The notes below the pieces were generated by a model. The model was not told the DNA's origin and searched no databases. It saw only the letters and a list, made by a program, of their open reading frames with translations. A DNA stretch of 64,000 bases from Gemmatimonadota bacterium (GTDB lineage: Bacteria; Gemmatimonadota; Gemmatimonadetes; Palauibacterales; KS3-K002), in contig CP070812.1 in NCBI GenBank assembly GCA_020344015.1, positions 4,261,489-4,325,488 of the forward strand, given 5' to 3'. Every line of letters begins with the position of its first letter. Position 1 is the first letter of the stretch. This document shows, in pieces, positions 35,765 through 45,155 of this stretch. Made by a program: the position numbers and the translations under genes.

Positions 35765-38053
35765 GTGGCGGTCTACCGGATCGACAAGTTCCTCGGTGAG
35801 GGCGGCTTCGCCTATGTCTATAGGGCGCGGGACACGAACCTCGACATCGACGTAGCGCTCAAGATCCTCAAGCCTGCCTTCGCCTACGACGAGGTGTTCG
35901 AAGAGAACTTCCGGCGCGAAGCACACCGGGCGGCGAAGTTCCGTCACCCCAACGTCATCGCCATCCACTATGCCGGCAAGGACGACGACATTGTCTTCTT
36001 CTCCATGGACCTGCTGGAGACCGGCCTCAAGGATCTCATGACCCCGGGCAAGCCGATGGAGGAGGGCGCCATCATCAAGGTCGGGTTGGACGTCGCCTCC
36101 GCCCTGCAGTTCGCCCACACCCACGAAGGCGGAATAGTCCACCGCGACCTGAAGCCCGACAACATCCTCTTCGACCGTCACGGCAATGCCGTCGTGACCG
36201 ACTTCGGGATCGCCGAAGCAGCGACGAACTACACGGCGGCGACCGGTACGACGGTCTACGTCGGAACCCCGAAATACATGTCGCCGGAGCAGGCGCGTGG
36301 CCATCGCGTCGACCACCGCTCCGACATCTACTCGTTGGGCGTAACCCTCTACGAGATGGCCACCGGCGAGGCGCCGTTCACCGGGCGCGACTGGTTCGAG
36401 TTGGGCCGCAAGCACATCGAGGAACTCCCCTCACTGCCACGTGAAAAGAACACCGATCTCGATCCGGATCTCGAGCGCATCATCCTCAAGTGCCTGCAAA
36501 AGAACCCGGCCGATCGGTACCAGAGCGCCGAACACCTCAAGTCCGAGCTGTCGAGGCTGGAAGGCGCGACGCAGCGAACCGTCGTGCTCACCGTACAGAA
36601 GACCGAGGAGGAGAAGACCCCGACACCGGTGACGCCGGCTCCGTCGGTGGCGGCGGCACAGGAGTCGGAGGCTCGCGAGGTACAGCGCAGCCCGGCCGAT
36701 CTCTACGAGGCGACGACGCAGCCGCCGAAAAAGCGGAGCCGCGCCTGGCTGTGGCTGACCGCGGCGGCCGTGCTGATCGGCACCGTCGCTTCCTACGCCA
36801 CAGACCTCGCCGGCTTCCGCACTTTCGGCGAGGAGAAAATGCCGTTCCTCGCTAACCTGCCGCTCATCGGCTCCGGCGGCGTCTACGTTACGAGCTTCTA
36901 CTACGCCGCCGTGGAGGGCGGAGCCGATGTCGAGAATGCGACGTTCGACATCAGGTTCAGCGCACCCGTCGATCCGGTGACCGCCAGCTCGGAGAACGTC
37001 AAGCTCCTCGGCCCCAATTCGCGCGCCCTGCCTGCCGAGGTCGAGGTAAAGGAGGGCGGCGCGCGGATCACGGTCCTGCCAAGCCTCCGTCTGCGCTACA
37101 ACACCCGGTACGAGATCCAGATCGGCGAAGGGCTGCTGAGCCAGAAGGGAACGCCGATAAGGCAGAACGCGCGCGCGGCGCAGCCGGGTGCCGTCTTCTC
37201 GTTCAACACACGCCTGCCACCGCCCGATACGGAGCGCCCGACCCTGGCGGAGAGCACGCCGGCCAAGAACGCCCGCAACGTCCAGACTGGCGCTACAATT
37301 ACACTCGGCTTCAGCGAGCAGCTCGAGCCCTCGACGGTGAATTCCGGGACGGTGCTATTGCGCGACGCGCGGGGGATACAGCAGGAGATCAACTTGCTCA
37401 CGGGCGACGGCGGACGGACGGTTGAGATCAGACCGATGTCTCAGCTGAGCGCCGGTGCCAGCTACACGGTGGTCCTAACCAACGAGGTCAGGGACCCGAC
37501 GGGTAACAGGCTGGTCCCCGATAGCATCGTCTTCGAGACGAGAGCCGCCACGCCGACACCGGTTGTCCCGGTTGACCCGGGCACCGTCACCGTGAACGTG
37601 ATGCCGCCCGAGGCGCGGGGCTTCGTGAAGGTGTTCATAGACAACGAGGACATGGGATACGTGCCGAAGCTCGGACTGGAAGTCGAGGCACGCAGCCAGC
37701 ACAACCTGAGGTTGGTCGGCGCCCCGCCTTACTCCGCCTTCTCGTTCACGGTCTATCGCGAGGCCTTCACACTCGCTCCGGGTCAGCACCGAGAGATCGT
37801 TCCTGAAATTCAGCCGTTCGGCTGGATCACCGTGACGACTGCCAGCGACGCCCCTGCGGCCGATGTGTTCATCGACGGCGAGTATGTTTCCTCCACACCG
37901 CTTGCGGGTTACACTTTACCCTCTGGACCGCACTCGCTGGAATTGCACCCGAGCGAGGAAGACCTTCAGCGTTACGGGGTGTACACAGCTAATTTCACGG
38001 TCCCGAGGTTCGGTGAGGAGAGGCTCACCAATCTGAGACTGCCCGCCAAGTGA
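35765..38053 (+). CDS. Hanks-type Ser/Thr protein kinase with TM helix, extracellular Ig-like domains and C-terminal PEGA domain
   Basis: Kinase subdomains I, II, VIb, VII and VIII are LGEGGFAYVY, VALK, HRDLKPDNIL, DFG and GTPKYMSPE. TM is AWLWLTAAAVLIGTV. SbsA-like Ig repeats follow. PEGA-like VFIDGEYVSSTPLAGYTLPSGPHSLEL is C-terminal. GTG start. Confidence 0.9.
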   Translation: MAVYRIDKFLGEGGFAYVYRARDTNLDIDVALKILKPAFAYDEVFEENFRREAHRAAKFRHPNVIAIHYAGKDDDIVFFSMDLLETGLKDLMTPGKPMEEGAIIKVGLDVASALQFAHTHEGGIVHRDLKPDNILFDRHGNAVVTDFGIAEAATNYTAATGTTVYVGTPKYMSPEQARGHRVDHRSDIYSLGVTLYEMATGEAPFTGRDWFELGRKHIEELPSLPREKNTDLDPDLERIILKCLQKNPADRYQSAEHLKSELSRLEGATQRTVVLTVQKTEEEKTPTPVTPAPSVAAAQESEAREVQRSPADLYEATTQPPKKRSRAWLWLTAAAVLIGTVASYATDLAGFRTFGEEKMPFLANLPLIGSGGVYVTSFYYAAVEGGADVENATFDIRFSAPVDPVTASSENVKLLGPNSRALPAEVEVKEGGARITVLPSLRLRYNTRYEIQIGEGLLSQKGTPIRQNARAAQPGAVFSFNTRLPPPDTERPTLAESTPAKNARNVQTGATITLGFSEQLEPSTVNSGTVLLRDARGIQQEINLLTGDGGRTVEIRPMSQLSAGASYTVVLTNEVRDPTGNRLVPDSIVFETRAATPTPVVPVDPGTVTVNVMPPEARGFVKVFIDNEDMGYVPKLGLEVEARSQHNLRLVGAPPYSAFSFTVYREAFTLAPGQHREIVPEIQPFGWITVTTASDAPAADVFIDGEYVSSTPLAGYTLPSGPHSLELHPSEEDLQRYGVYTANFTVPRFGEERLTNLRLPAK

Positions 38054-38071
38054 GGGGAGGACCCGGCGCGA

Positions 38072-39661
38072 ATGGATCTAGTCCTCGTTGTCCGTGAAGG
38101 CGCGCAAGTTGGGCGCGTTTTCACCGTCTCACGGGGCGATCGCAAGACGATCGGCCGCGCGCCCGAATGCGATATCCGCCTGCCCGACCAGGGCGTCTCG
38201 CGCCGCCACTGCACAATCGAAAACGTGGGTGCCGTGCTCCGGGTCGTCGACCTGGAGTCGGCGAACGGCAGCTTCATCAACGGGCAGCTGGTGGAACGCG
38301 GCTCGCTGGGGCCCGGCGACCAGCTGGCGGTGGGCCCGACGATCCTCGAGTGCCGGGCGCGGCCGACCGCCCCGGACAGAGCACCCGGCGAGGCGACGCT
38401 CGCCTATCGCGAGGAGGGTACCACGACCGTGGTCCGCAAGGTCGTGGACACCCAGTACACGGGCATGGAGGCGCTGGCCGCCGCTGGAAAGCCCGAGGAT
38501 CTGGACGACCTGCAGCGCGCTCAGCGCAACCTGGCCACCGCCTATCAGGTCTCCAAGATGCTGGCCAACGCCCCCAGACTGGAAAAGCTACTCGACGAGG
38601 TCATCGACTCGATCTTCGCCGCCATCAACGCTGATCGCGCTGCCCTCTTGCTCCACGACGCCAGCGACGGATCGAACGAGCTCAGAATCGTGGCATCGCG
38701 TTCGCGCACCGGCGAGGAAAGCGACCTGGACGAGATTAGCGTAAGCCGGACAGTGGTACAGGACGTGCTCGAGAACGCCGCGTCCTCACTGAGCCGTGAC
38801 GCCAGCGCCGACGCCCGTTACAAAGCCGGGGAGAGCATCATCCAGCAGAAGATCCGCTCGGTGATGTGCGCGCCGGTCTCCACCGACGACAGCGTGATTG
38901 GCGTCCTATACGCCGACAGCCGGAGCCTCACCGGCGCCTTTGCGGAGAGCGACCTCGAGCTGCTGGCTTTGATCGGCAACCAGGCCGGCGTGGCCATCCA
39001 CCGGGCCCAGTTGCTCGCCCAACTCGAGAAGTTCTTCTTCGACACGATCCGCGCGATCGTAGCGACGATCGACGCGAAGGACGGCTACACGCACCGCCAC
39101 TCGGAGCGCGTGGCACGCTTCGCTGCCAAAATCGCTAACGAGCTAGGCAGAAGCGAGGAGGAGATCGAGGTCGTCAAGCTCTCCGCCCTCCTGCACGACG
39201 TCGGCAAGGTCGGCGTGCCCGAGGCCATCCTCAACAAACCGGGCAAGCTGACCAAGGAAGAGTTCGACGAGATCAAGAAGCACCCGGTACACGGTGTGAA
39301 CATACTGGGCCACATCGAGAGCCCCCGCTTCAAGGAGATCCTCCCCGGCGTGCGGCACCATCACGAAAAGTGGGACGGCTCGGGCTACCCGGACGGTCTC
39401 TCCGGCGAAACCATACCATTCCTCGGCCGCCTGCTCGCCGTGGCCGACGTGCTCGACGCTCTGAGCTCCGACCGCTCGTACCGCAAGGGCCTAGGCTTCG
39501 ATAAGTCTGTGGAAATCATCCGGCAGGATGCCGGTAGCCACTTCGATCCCGATGTCGCCGCAGCGGCTGCGGAGCTGCACTCGCGTGGTGAACTGGAAGT
39601 GTTGCCCGAGTGGATCGAGCCCGATTCGGAACCCATGCCCACGACGACCCTGGACCCTTAG
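38072..39661 (+). CDS. FHA-GAF-HD-GYP protein (predicted c-di-GMP phosphodiesterase with phosphothreonine-binding input)
   Basis: FHA is IGRAPECDIRLPDQGVSRRHCTIENVGAVLRVVDLESANGSFING. The GAF region has LLLHD...VMCAPV. HD-GYP has LLHDVGKVGVPEAIL...HHHEKWDGSGYPDGL. Confidence 0.9.
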   Translation: MDLVLVVREGAQVGRVFTVSRGDRKTIGRAPECDIRLPDQGVSRRHCTIENVGAVLRVVDLESANGSFINGQLVERGSLGPGDQLAVGPTILECRARPTAPDRAPGEATLAYREEGTTTVVRKVVDTQYTGMEALAAAGKPEDLDDLQRAQRNLATAYQVSKMLANAPRLEKLLDEVIDSIFAAINADRAALLLHDASDGSNELRIVASRSRTGEESDLDEISVSRTVVQDVLENAASSLSRDASADARYKAGESIIQQKIRSVMCAPVSTDDSVIGVLYADSRSLTGAFAESDLELLALIGNQAGVAIHRAQLLAQLEKFFFDTIRAIVATIDAKDGYTHRHSERVARFAAKIANELGRSEEEIEVVKLSALLHDVGKVGVPEAILNKPGKLTKEEFDEIKKHPVHGVNILGHIESPRFKEILPGVRHHHEKWDGSGYPDGLSGETIPFLGRLLAVADVLDALSSDRSYRKGLGFDKSVEIIRQDAGSHFDPDVAAAAAELHSRGELEVLPEWIEPDSEPMPTTTLDP

Positions 39662-39869
39662 TCACGCCGGAGCCAACGCGAGCCCGGCAGATGGCGTACC
39701 AGGCTGTTCAACCGCTGGCCCAGCGTCTGACCCGGGCGAGCGGGTATGGCGAGTGCGATAATCAGCAACGCCAGCCCCACGTAGAAAAGCCAGCGCTGGC
39801 CCAAGCGATCGGCAGACAGCGCCAGCGGCGCGCCTACGAGTATCAGGGCCAGCTTCAAGCGAAGGTGGA

Positions 39870-40667
39870 TCAGTCACCTCCTTTGCCGCGTCTCGATTCC
39901 AGGAAACGTCGCACGCCCTCGCGATAGTCCTCGGTCAACCTGGCTAGAGCGTTCACCTCGGCGCCCGCCCGGATCGCCGCTTCGAACGAGTGCCGCTCCG
40001 TCTGATAGATCAGCCGCTTCGATAGCGCCAGCGCACTCGCACTGCGCCCGGCCAGTTCCTCGGTGAACTCGCGGCTCTTATCCTCGAACGAATCGGTCGA
40101 GTAGATGTGATGGACGAGGCCGTAGCGCTCCGCAGTATCCGCGTCAATGATCCGGCCGGTAACCACCAGCTCGAAGGCCCGTTTTTCGCCGACCGCGCGC
40201 CGCAGCATAGCGATCACCATCGCCGGCAGGAAGCCGATCTTCACTTCGGGGTAACCGAACCGCGCGTCTGAGGCCGCGAGAACGATGTCACACGCGGTGG
40301 CAAGCCCACAGCCGCCAGCCACCGCATGCCCCCGCACCGCCGCCACGACCGGCAGCTCGATCCTCCGCAAGATCAGGAACAGATCGCCCAGCGCATCCGC
40401 ATCATCGATCTGCTCTTCCACCCCCGCCTCCATCATCTCCGACAATGCCTCGAGATCGGCACCGGCACAGAAGTCCTTTCCCTCACCACGCAAGAGGATC
40501 GCTCTCACCTGCTCGTCCGCGTCGGCCCACGCCAGCGCATCCGATAGCTCATCGACCAGCTCGGAGCTCAACGCGTTTCGCTTCTCCGGCCGGTTCAGGC
40601 TGATCGTCGCAACCCCCGTCGACTCATCGATGTCGACCGTGATCGTGCTGTAGCTCTCTTCGTACAT
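39870..40667 (-). CDS. enoyl-CoA hydratase/isomerase (crotonase family)
   Basis: ISLNRPEKRNALS, FCAGADL and VAAVRGHAVAGGCGLATACDIVLA give the oxyanion hole and the catalytic Glu region. Confidence 0.9.
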   Translation of the reverse strand: MYEESYSTITVDIDESTGVATISLNRPEKRNALSSELVDELSDALAWADADEQVRAILLRGEGKDFCAGADLEALSEMMEAGVEEQIDDADALGDLFLILRRIELPVVAAVRGHAVAGGCGLATACDIVLAASDARFGYPEVKIGFLPAMVIAMLRRAVGEKRAFELVVTGRIIDADTAERYGLVHHIYSTDSFEDKSREFTEELAGRSASALALSKRLIYQTERHSFEAAIRAGAEVNALARLTEDYREGVRRFLESRRGKGGD

Positions 40668-40702
40668 TCAGCTCTCTCCAGTCGAACGGAGATCCGGCAC
40701 CC

Positions 40703-40876
40703 TCAACGCCCGAACCAGCGCCGCTCGGCTATGACCGCCAGCCCCAGGATCAGAAAGCCAACGCTTCCCAACACGAGCAACGTCGACCCGACTTCACCGA
40801 GTTCGGCCACAACACCGACTACGGCGACGATCGCGCAAGCGATCAGTAGTACCCATATGATCCAACGGACAAGCAT
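40703..40876 (-). CDS. small membrane protein (57 aa), not in ORF track
   Basis: Minus-strand reading gives MLVRWIIWVLLIACAIVAVVGVVAELGEVGSTLLVLGSVGFLILGLAVIAERRWFGR*, which is two hydrophobic helices. A perfect AGGAGGA SD lies 6 nt upstream of the ATG. The ORF exactly fills the gap between the flanking genes. Confidence 0.35.
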   Translation of the reverse strand: MLVRWIIWVLLIACAIVAVVGVVAELGEVGSTLLVLGSVGFLILGLAVIAERRWFGR

Positions 40877-40897
40877 CCCCGGTCCTCCTGGTTTAGC

Positions 40898-41257
40898 TCA
40901 ACCGCCCTCCCGAGCCCCACCGGCGATCAGCTCGCCCAGCTCGTCGGGGACGGTGATCTCCATCCGCAAAAGCGCCGCACCGAACGTCTTCGCCTGTGCG
41001 TCGGTCCGCAGCGACAGCGTGCCACCTCCACCCAGCGATTGGTGAAGCAGAAAATTGAGTGCCAGCAGGTTGGGCAGCTCGAATCGCTCCACCGGTCCTT
41101 CGCATATGCCCTTGAAGTGAGTCTTTACGCGATCGGCTGTAACCTCACTAACGATAACGGGATAGAACTCGGGCCTCAAAGCGATTAGACCTATATTGGC
41201 CGTGTCACCCTTGTCGCCCGACCGCGCGTGGGCGACCTCGAGGAGCCGGACCTCCAT
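40898..41257 (-). CDS. DUF4387-family protein (AtuA-associated)
   Basis: MEVRLLEVAHARSGDKGDTANIGLIA is the conserved DUF4387 opening. A GGGGAAGA RBS lies upstream. It is co-oriented directly downstream of the AtuA-family gene. Confidence 0.7.
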   Translation of the reverse strand: MEVRLLEVAHARSGDKGDTANIGLIALRPEFYPVIVSEVTADRVKTHFKGICEGPVERFELPNLLALNFLLHQSLGGGGTLSLRTDAQAKTFGAALLRMEITVPDELGELIAGGAREGG

Positions 41258-41259
41258 GG

Positions 41260-41616
41260 TCAGTCTTCCCCGCCGTAGGTCCGGCCCCGCAGCCATTCGA
41301 CGCCGGCACCGGCGGCGGCGATCCACAGGCCTGCGACCCCAACCGTGCCCAGCCAGTCAACCTCCACACCGACGAACAGACTGGATATTGCCAGCGCGAT
41401 GGCGAGGATGCTGAGGAAGCGTACGCCGAGACTAGCCGCCGCCCCACTCTTTCGCACGGCGAGGGCCCAGGCCGCTACCGCCGCGACGGCCCCCGCGCCT
41501 GCGAAGGCTTGTGCGGCAGGTCCAGCCGCGCCGAGCCCCTCGAGGATGGCCGCGATGACCGATATGGTGGCGCCCGAGGGGAGAAGCAGGCTCGGCTTCG
41601 CGGTCTCGGTCATCAT
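41260..41616 (-). CDS. hypothetical Ala/Gly-rich small membrane protein
   Basis: The 118-aa ORF exactly fills the AtuA-DUF4387 gap, with a 4-nt start/stop overlap to AtuA and 2 nt to the DUF4387 start. It has 3-4 hydrophobic segments. High GC makes a spurious ORF possible. Confidence 0.4.
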   Translation of the reverse strand: MMTETAKPSLLLPSGATISVIAAILEGLGAAGPAAQAFAGAGAVAAVAAWALAVRKSGAAASLGVRFLSILAIALAISSLFVGVEVDWLGTVGVAGLWIAAAGAGVEWLRGRTYGGED

Positions 41617-42992
41617 GGAACGACCTCTACTTCGACACGTGGCTGAACGTGTGCCTTGGGGATGAGCGCCGGCCAGTAGGCTACCATCTCCTGTACGCGA
41701 GGCCGGCCGCCGCCGAAACCGGTAGCGGTGGGCGGCCCGGCGAGGATGAGCGAGGCGATCTCGCGCGAGAACCGCTCGACGGCCGAGCGCTCGCTCGAAT
41801 GCTTTACGCCGATGCGCAACTCGACCTCCGGCAGATCGTCACCCAGCGGACCGGCGAGTGATCCATGACAGGCGCCCGCACCGAAGTACTCCGTATGAAC
41901 CTCATCGAAGCGCAGGCCGATGCGATCCAAGCGACCGCGTATCGTGCGGTCTGCGGTCTGCGCCTTCGCCAAGGCATCGGGCCACGAGTACGCCATCCGG
42001 CCCACGGCCTTGTAACCCGCGAGATAAGATATCGACACCTTGAGCTGATCGGTGGCGCGGTATCCACTCACACCGTACACACGAACGCGATTGGGAGCCT
42101 GCTGCTCCAGCTGTATCGTCCTGAAGTCGGCGACACAATCGGGAGTAATGTACTCCGAGGGATCGCCCATCTCGTAGAGCAGTTGCTCGGTGACGGTAGC
42201 CTCGGTCACGCGACCGCCCAGGTTCTCATGTTTTGTTACGACGAACTCGCCGCTCGCTTGCGATTCTATGATCGGATAGCCGATGTCGATATAATCGACG
42301 GACTGCCAGTCCACGCCCGTGTTGCCGCCCGTGGCCTGTGCGCCGCATTCATTTATGTGCCCGGCGACGACCCCTGCGGCGAGCTTATCCCAGTCATCGC
42401 GAGGCCAACCGTGCTCGAACATCATCGGCGCGTAGGTCAGTGCGGTGTCAGTCGTCCTGCCGGCGATAACCACATCGGCCCCCCGCTGCAACGCCTCGAT
42501 GATCGGAGCAGCACCGAGGTAGGCGTTGGCCGACTGGATCCGGTCGCGAACCATCTCGAGCGGCTCACCGGTTTCCATGCTGCGCAGCTCGACGCCGGCC
42601 GCGAGCAGCTCGTCGATCCGTTCGAGCAGATCGTCACCGGTGATGACGCCGATGCGAGCGCGCCCTGCCAGGCCCTCAGCATTCGCGAGCTCGAAGACCG
42701 CGTCGCGGCAGGCTAACGGATTCACGCCGCCGGCGTTGGCGATCACGCGGATGCCGCTCTCGATGCACGTGCCGAGGATCCGGCCCATCAGGGGCACGAA
42801 ATCGCGAGCGTATCCTTGCGACGGGTCGCGGCCTCGCTGCTTCTGGAGTATGGACATCGTGACTTCCGCCAGGTAGTCCATTACCAGGTAGTCGATGGGC
42901 CCCGACTGGACCTGCAGGACCGGAGCCTCAAGCCAATCGCCCCAGAAACCCTGCCCGGAGGCAACCCGTACACTCTGGGCCCCGTCGCTCAC
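41613..42992 (-). CDS. AtuA-family (DUF1446) acyclic-terpene-utilisation-like protein
   Basis: RVASGQGFWGDW, IDYLVMDYLAEVTMSIL and HINECGAQATGGN are characteristic of the AtuA N-terminal and middle regions. Confidence 0.85.
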   Translation of the reverse strand: MSDGAQSVRVASGQGFWGDWLEAPVLQVQSGPIDYLVMDYLAEVTMSILQKQRGRDPSQGYARDFVPLMGRILGTCIESGIRVIANAGGVNPLACRDAVFELANAEGLAGRARIGVITGDDLLERIDELLAAGVELRSMETGEPLEMVRDRIQSANAYLGAAPIIEALQRGADVVIAGRTTDTALTYAPMMFEHGWPRDDWDKLAAGVVAGHINECGAQATGGNTGVDWQSVDYIDIGYPIIESQASGEFVVTKHENLGGRVTEATVTEQLLYEMGDPSEYITPDCVADFRTIQLEQQAPNRVRVYGVSGYRATDQLKVSISYLAGYKAVGRMAYSWPDALAKAQTADRTIRGRLDRIGLRFDEVHTEYFGAGACHGSLAGPLGDDLPEVELRIGVKHSSERSAVERFSREIASLILAGPPTATGFGGGRPRVQEMVAYWPALIPKAHVQPRVEVEVVP

Positions 42993-44641
42993 GCGAGGAA
43001 GGATTCCAGCGAGCCGGGGAGGGCGAAGGGCCCGATATGGGGTCCCGGGTTCTGGATCGCCGCCCGGAGCGCCAGCGTCAGTGCGTCCCGCGTTCTCTCC
43101 GGCGTGATGACCGCATCGACCAAACCACGGGCGGCGGCGAACCGCGCATCGAGCTGGTGCTCGTAGTCGGCGAGCGTCTTCTCCATCGCCTTCTGGGTCT
43201 CCTCATCCAACTCCCGGCCCGCCTGCTCCGCCTCGTTGATAGCCCGGCCGTGGACAGCCTGCACCGCCGACTCGCCCTCCATCACGCCCATGCGACCGGT
43301 GGGCCAGGAGAAGATGAAGTCGGGGTCAAAACCCTGGCCGGCCATAGCGTAGTAGCCGGCACCGCTGGCGTGGTTCAATGTGAGAACGATCTTCGGCGCT
43401 GTGGCCACCGACATCGCTTCCACCATGCGCGCGCCCGCCCGGATGATCCCCGAGTGCTCGGCGTCGGTGCCTACCATGAAGCCCGAAACATCTTGAACGT
43501 AGAGCAGCGGCCTGCGGTGCCGGTCGCACGTCTCAATGTAGTAGGCACATTTCTCGGCACTCTCGGTGTAGATAATGCCGCCGAAACGAGGTGGCCCCGG
43601 TCGGTGATCCCGCATGATGCCCCTGTCGTTGGCCAGGATGCCCACCGGAATACCACTGATGCGTGCGTCGACGCATATCATCTCGGACGCATGCTCGGGT
43701 TGGAACTCGGTCCACTCGCCTTCATCGACGATGGTCTCCAGCACGGCCCGCATGTCGTAGCCACCACGGTGATCATCGGGAAGCAGATCGTATGCCTCCT
43801 CGGGCGCTCGAACCGGTGGCCGCGGCTCCGCCAACGTTATGGGCATCCGGCCGCCGGGTGGCAGATCCGCGACGTAGCGGCGGATCGACTCGATGCAGGC
43901 CTCGTCGTTCTCCGGCTCGTAGTGGGCGACGGCCGAGATCTTGGTGTGCGTATCGGCACCGCCCAGCGTCTCGCCGTCCACCGTCTGGCCCGTGGCACCC
44001 TTCACCAGGTTGGGTCCGCCCAATCCCATGAAGCTGGTGCCTTTCACCATGAAGATCACGTCAGAGAGCGCCGGCAGGTACGCGCCGCCGGCGATGCAGT
44101 TCCCCATCACCGCGGAGACCTGCGGCACGCGCAGGTACCGCCGCATGAGCGAGTTGTAGTAGAAGATCCGTGACGCCCCGTATTGACCCGGAAAGACGCC
44201 GCCCTGATACGGCAGATTGATGCCCGAAGAGTCGACCAGGTAGATGATCGGGATCCGGCAGCGCATCGCCATCTCCTGGGCGCGGAGTATCTTGGGGATC
44301 GTCTCCGGCCACCAGGAGCCCGCCTTCACGGTGCCATCGTTGGCCACCACCACGACCTCGCGGCCCTCAACGACTCCGTAACCGGTGATCACACCGGCGG
44401 CGGGCGCGTTGCCATCGTACCGGTCGTAGGCGACGAGCAGGCCGACTTCCTGGAAATAGGAACCCTTGTCAAAGAGCAGGTCGAGCCGCTCGCGCGCGGT
44501 GAGCTTGCCCTCCGAATGCTGCTTGTCGACGTACTTTGGGCCGCCACCCTGCTGCAGCTTCGCCTCGAGCTCGCCGAGCTCCTCCGCCAGGCGGCTCATG
44601 CGCGACTTCGATCCCTCCGCCTTCGCAGCCTTCTTCCCCAT
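42989..44641 (-). CDS. acyl-CoA carboxylase carboxyltransferase (beta) subunit
   Basis: This is a propionyl-/methylcrotonyl-CoA carboxylase beta-type protein. Both CT halves are present: GKLTARERLDLLFDKGSY, VVANDGTVKAGSWWPET and GIIRAGARMVEA. It overlaps AtuA by 4 nt. Confidence 0.9.
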   Translation of the reverse strand: MGKKAAKAEGSKSRMSRLAEELGELEAKLQQGGGPKYVDKQHSEGKLTARERLDLLFDKGSYFQEVGLLVAYDRYDGNAPAAGVITGYGVVEGREVVVVANDGTVKAGSWWPETIPKILRAQEMAMRCRIPIIYLVDSSGINLPYQGGVFPGQYGASRIFYYNSLMRRYLRVPQVSAVMGNCIAGGAYLPALSDVIFMVKGTSFMGLGGPNLVKGATGQTVDGETLGGADTHTKISAVAHYEPENDEACIESIRRYVADLPPGGRMPITLAEPRPPVRAPEEAYDLLPDDHRGGYDMRAVLETIVDEGEWTEFQPEHASEMICVDARISGIPVGILANDRGIMRDHRPGPPRFGGIIYTESAEKCAYYIETCDRHRRPLLYVQDVSGFMVGTDAEHSGIIRAGARMVEAMSVATAPKIVLTLNHASGAGYYAMAGQGFDPDFIFSWPTGRMGVMEGESAVQAVHGRAINEAEQAGRELDEETQKAMEKTLADYEHQLDARFAAARGLVDAVITPERTRDALTLALRAAIQNPGPHIGPFALPGSLESFLA

Positions 44642-44677
44642 GCTGTACTCGCTATCAGGCGCTTCGCGCCGCTAGGA

Positions 44678-45100
44678 TCAACCCTCGTCTTCTCCGGCCC
44701 TTGCCTCCGCGAACCACTCGCGGATATACGCCACGGCTTCCGAAGTCGGCGTACCCGGTCCAAAGAGTTTCCCCACCCCCATCTCTTGCAGCTTCTCCAT
44801 ATCCTCGGAAGGGATGATGCCGCCACCCGTCAGCAGCACGTGATCGGCACCTTCCTCGCGCAGCAGGTTGAGGACCCTGGGGAATAGAGTCATGTGGGCC
44901 CCGGAGAGAATGGACAACGCCACCACATCGACGTCTTCCTGGATTACTGCCTGAACGATCTGCTCGGGCGTCTGGTGCAAGCCGGTGTAGATGACCTCCA
45001 TGCCGGCATCGCGCAACGCCGCGGCCACGACCTTGGCACCGCGGTCGTGACCATCGAGTCCGGGTTTGCCTATCAGCACGCGTATCTTACGTTCTGCCAT
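44678..45100 (-). CDS. methylmalonyl-CoA mutase-type cobalamin-binding subunit (B12-binding domain)
   Basis: [37 protein letters not shown] contains the DxHxxG B12-binding motif. Length is 140 aa from MAERK. Confidence 0.85.
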   Translation of the reverse strand: MAERKIRVLIGKPGLDGHDRGAKVVAAALRDAGMEVIYTGLHQTPEQIVQAVIQEDVDVVALSILSGAHMTLFPRVLNLLREEGADHVLLTGGGIIPSEDMEKLQEMGVGKLFGPGTPTSEAVAYIREWFAEARAGEDEG

Positions 45101-45155
45101 AGCGTTGTGAGGTGTAGGGTCAGTCGAGACTCGCGACCGAAAAATACCCGCGGCC

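Noticed and set aside
39658-39877. 66/71-aa minus-strand ORFs in the convergent gap after the FHA-GAF-HD-GYP gene
   Set aside because: The TTG start has no convincing RBS, and the ORFs overlap in two frames. It is more likely a convergent terminator region; a GCCAGCGCTGGC palindrome is present.
41865-44173. Plus-strand ORFs antisense to AtuA and carboxyltransferase genes (41865..42716, 43037..44173)
   Set aside because: Featureless Arg/Leu/Gly-rich translations. The minus-strand genes have strong family signatures.
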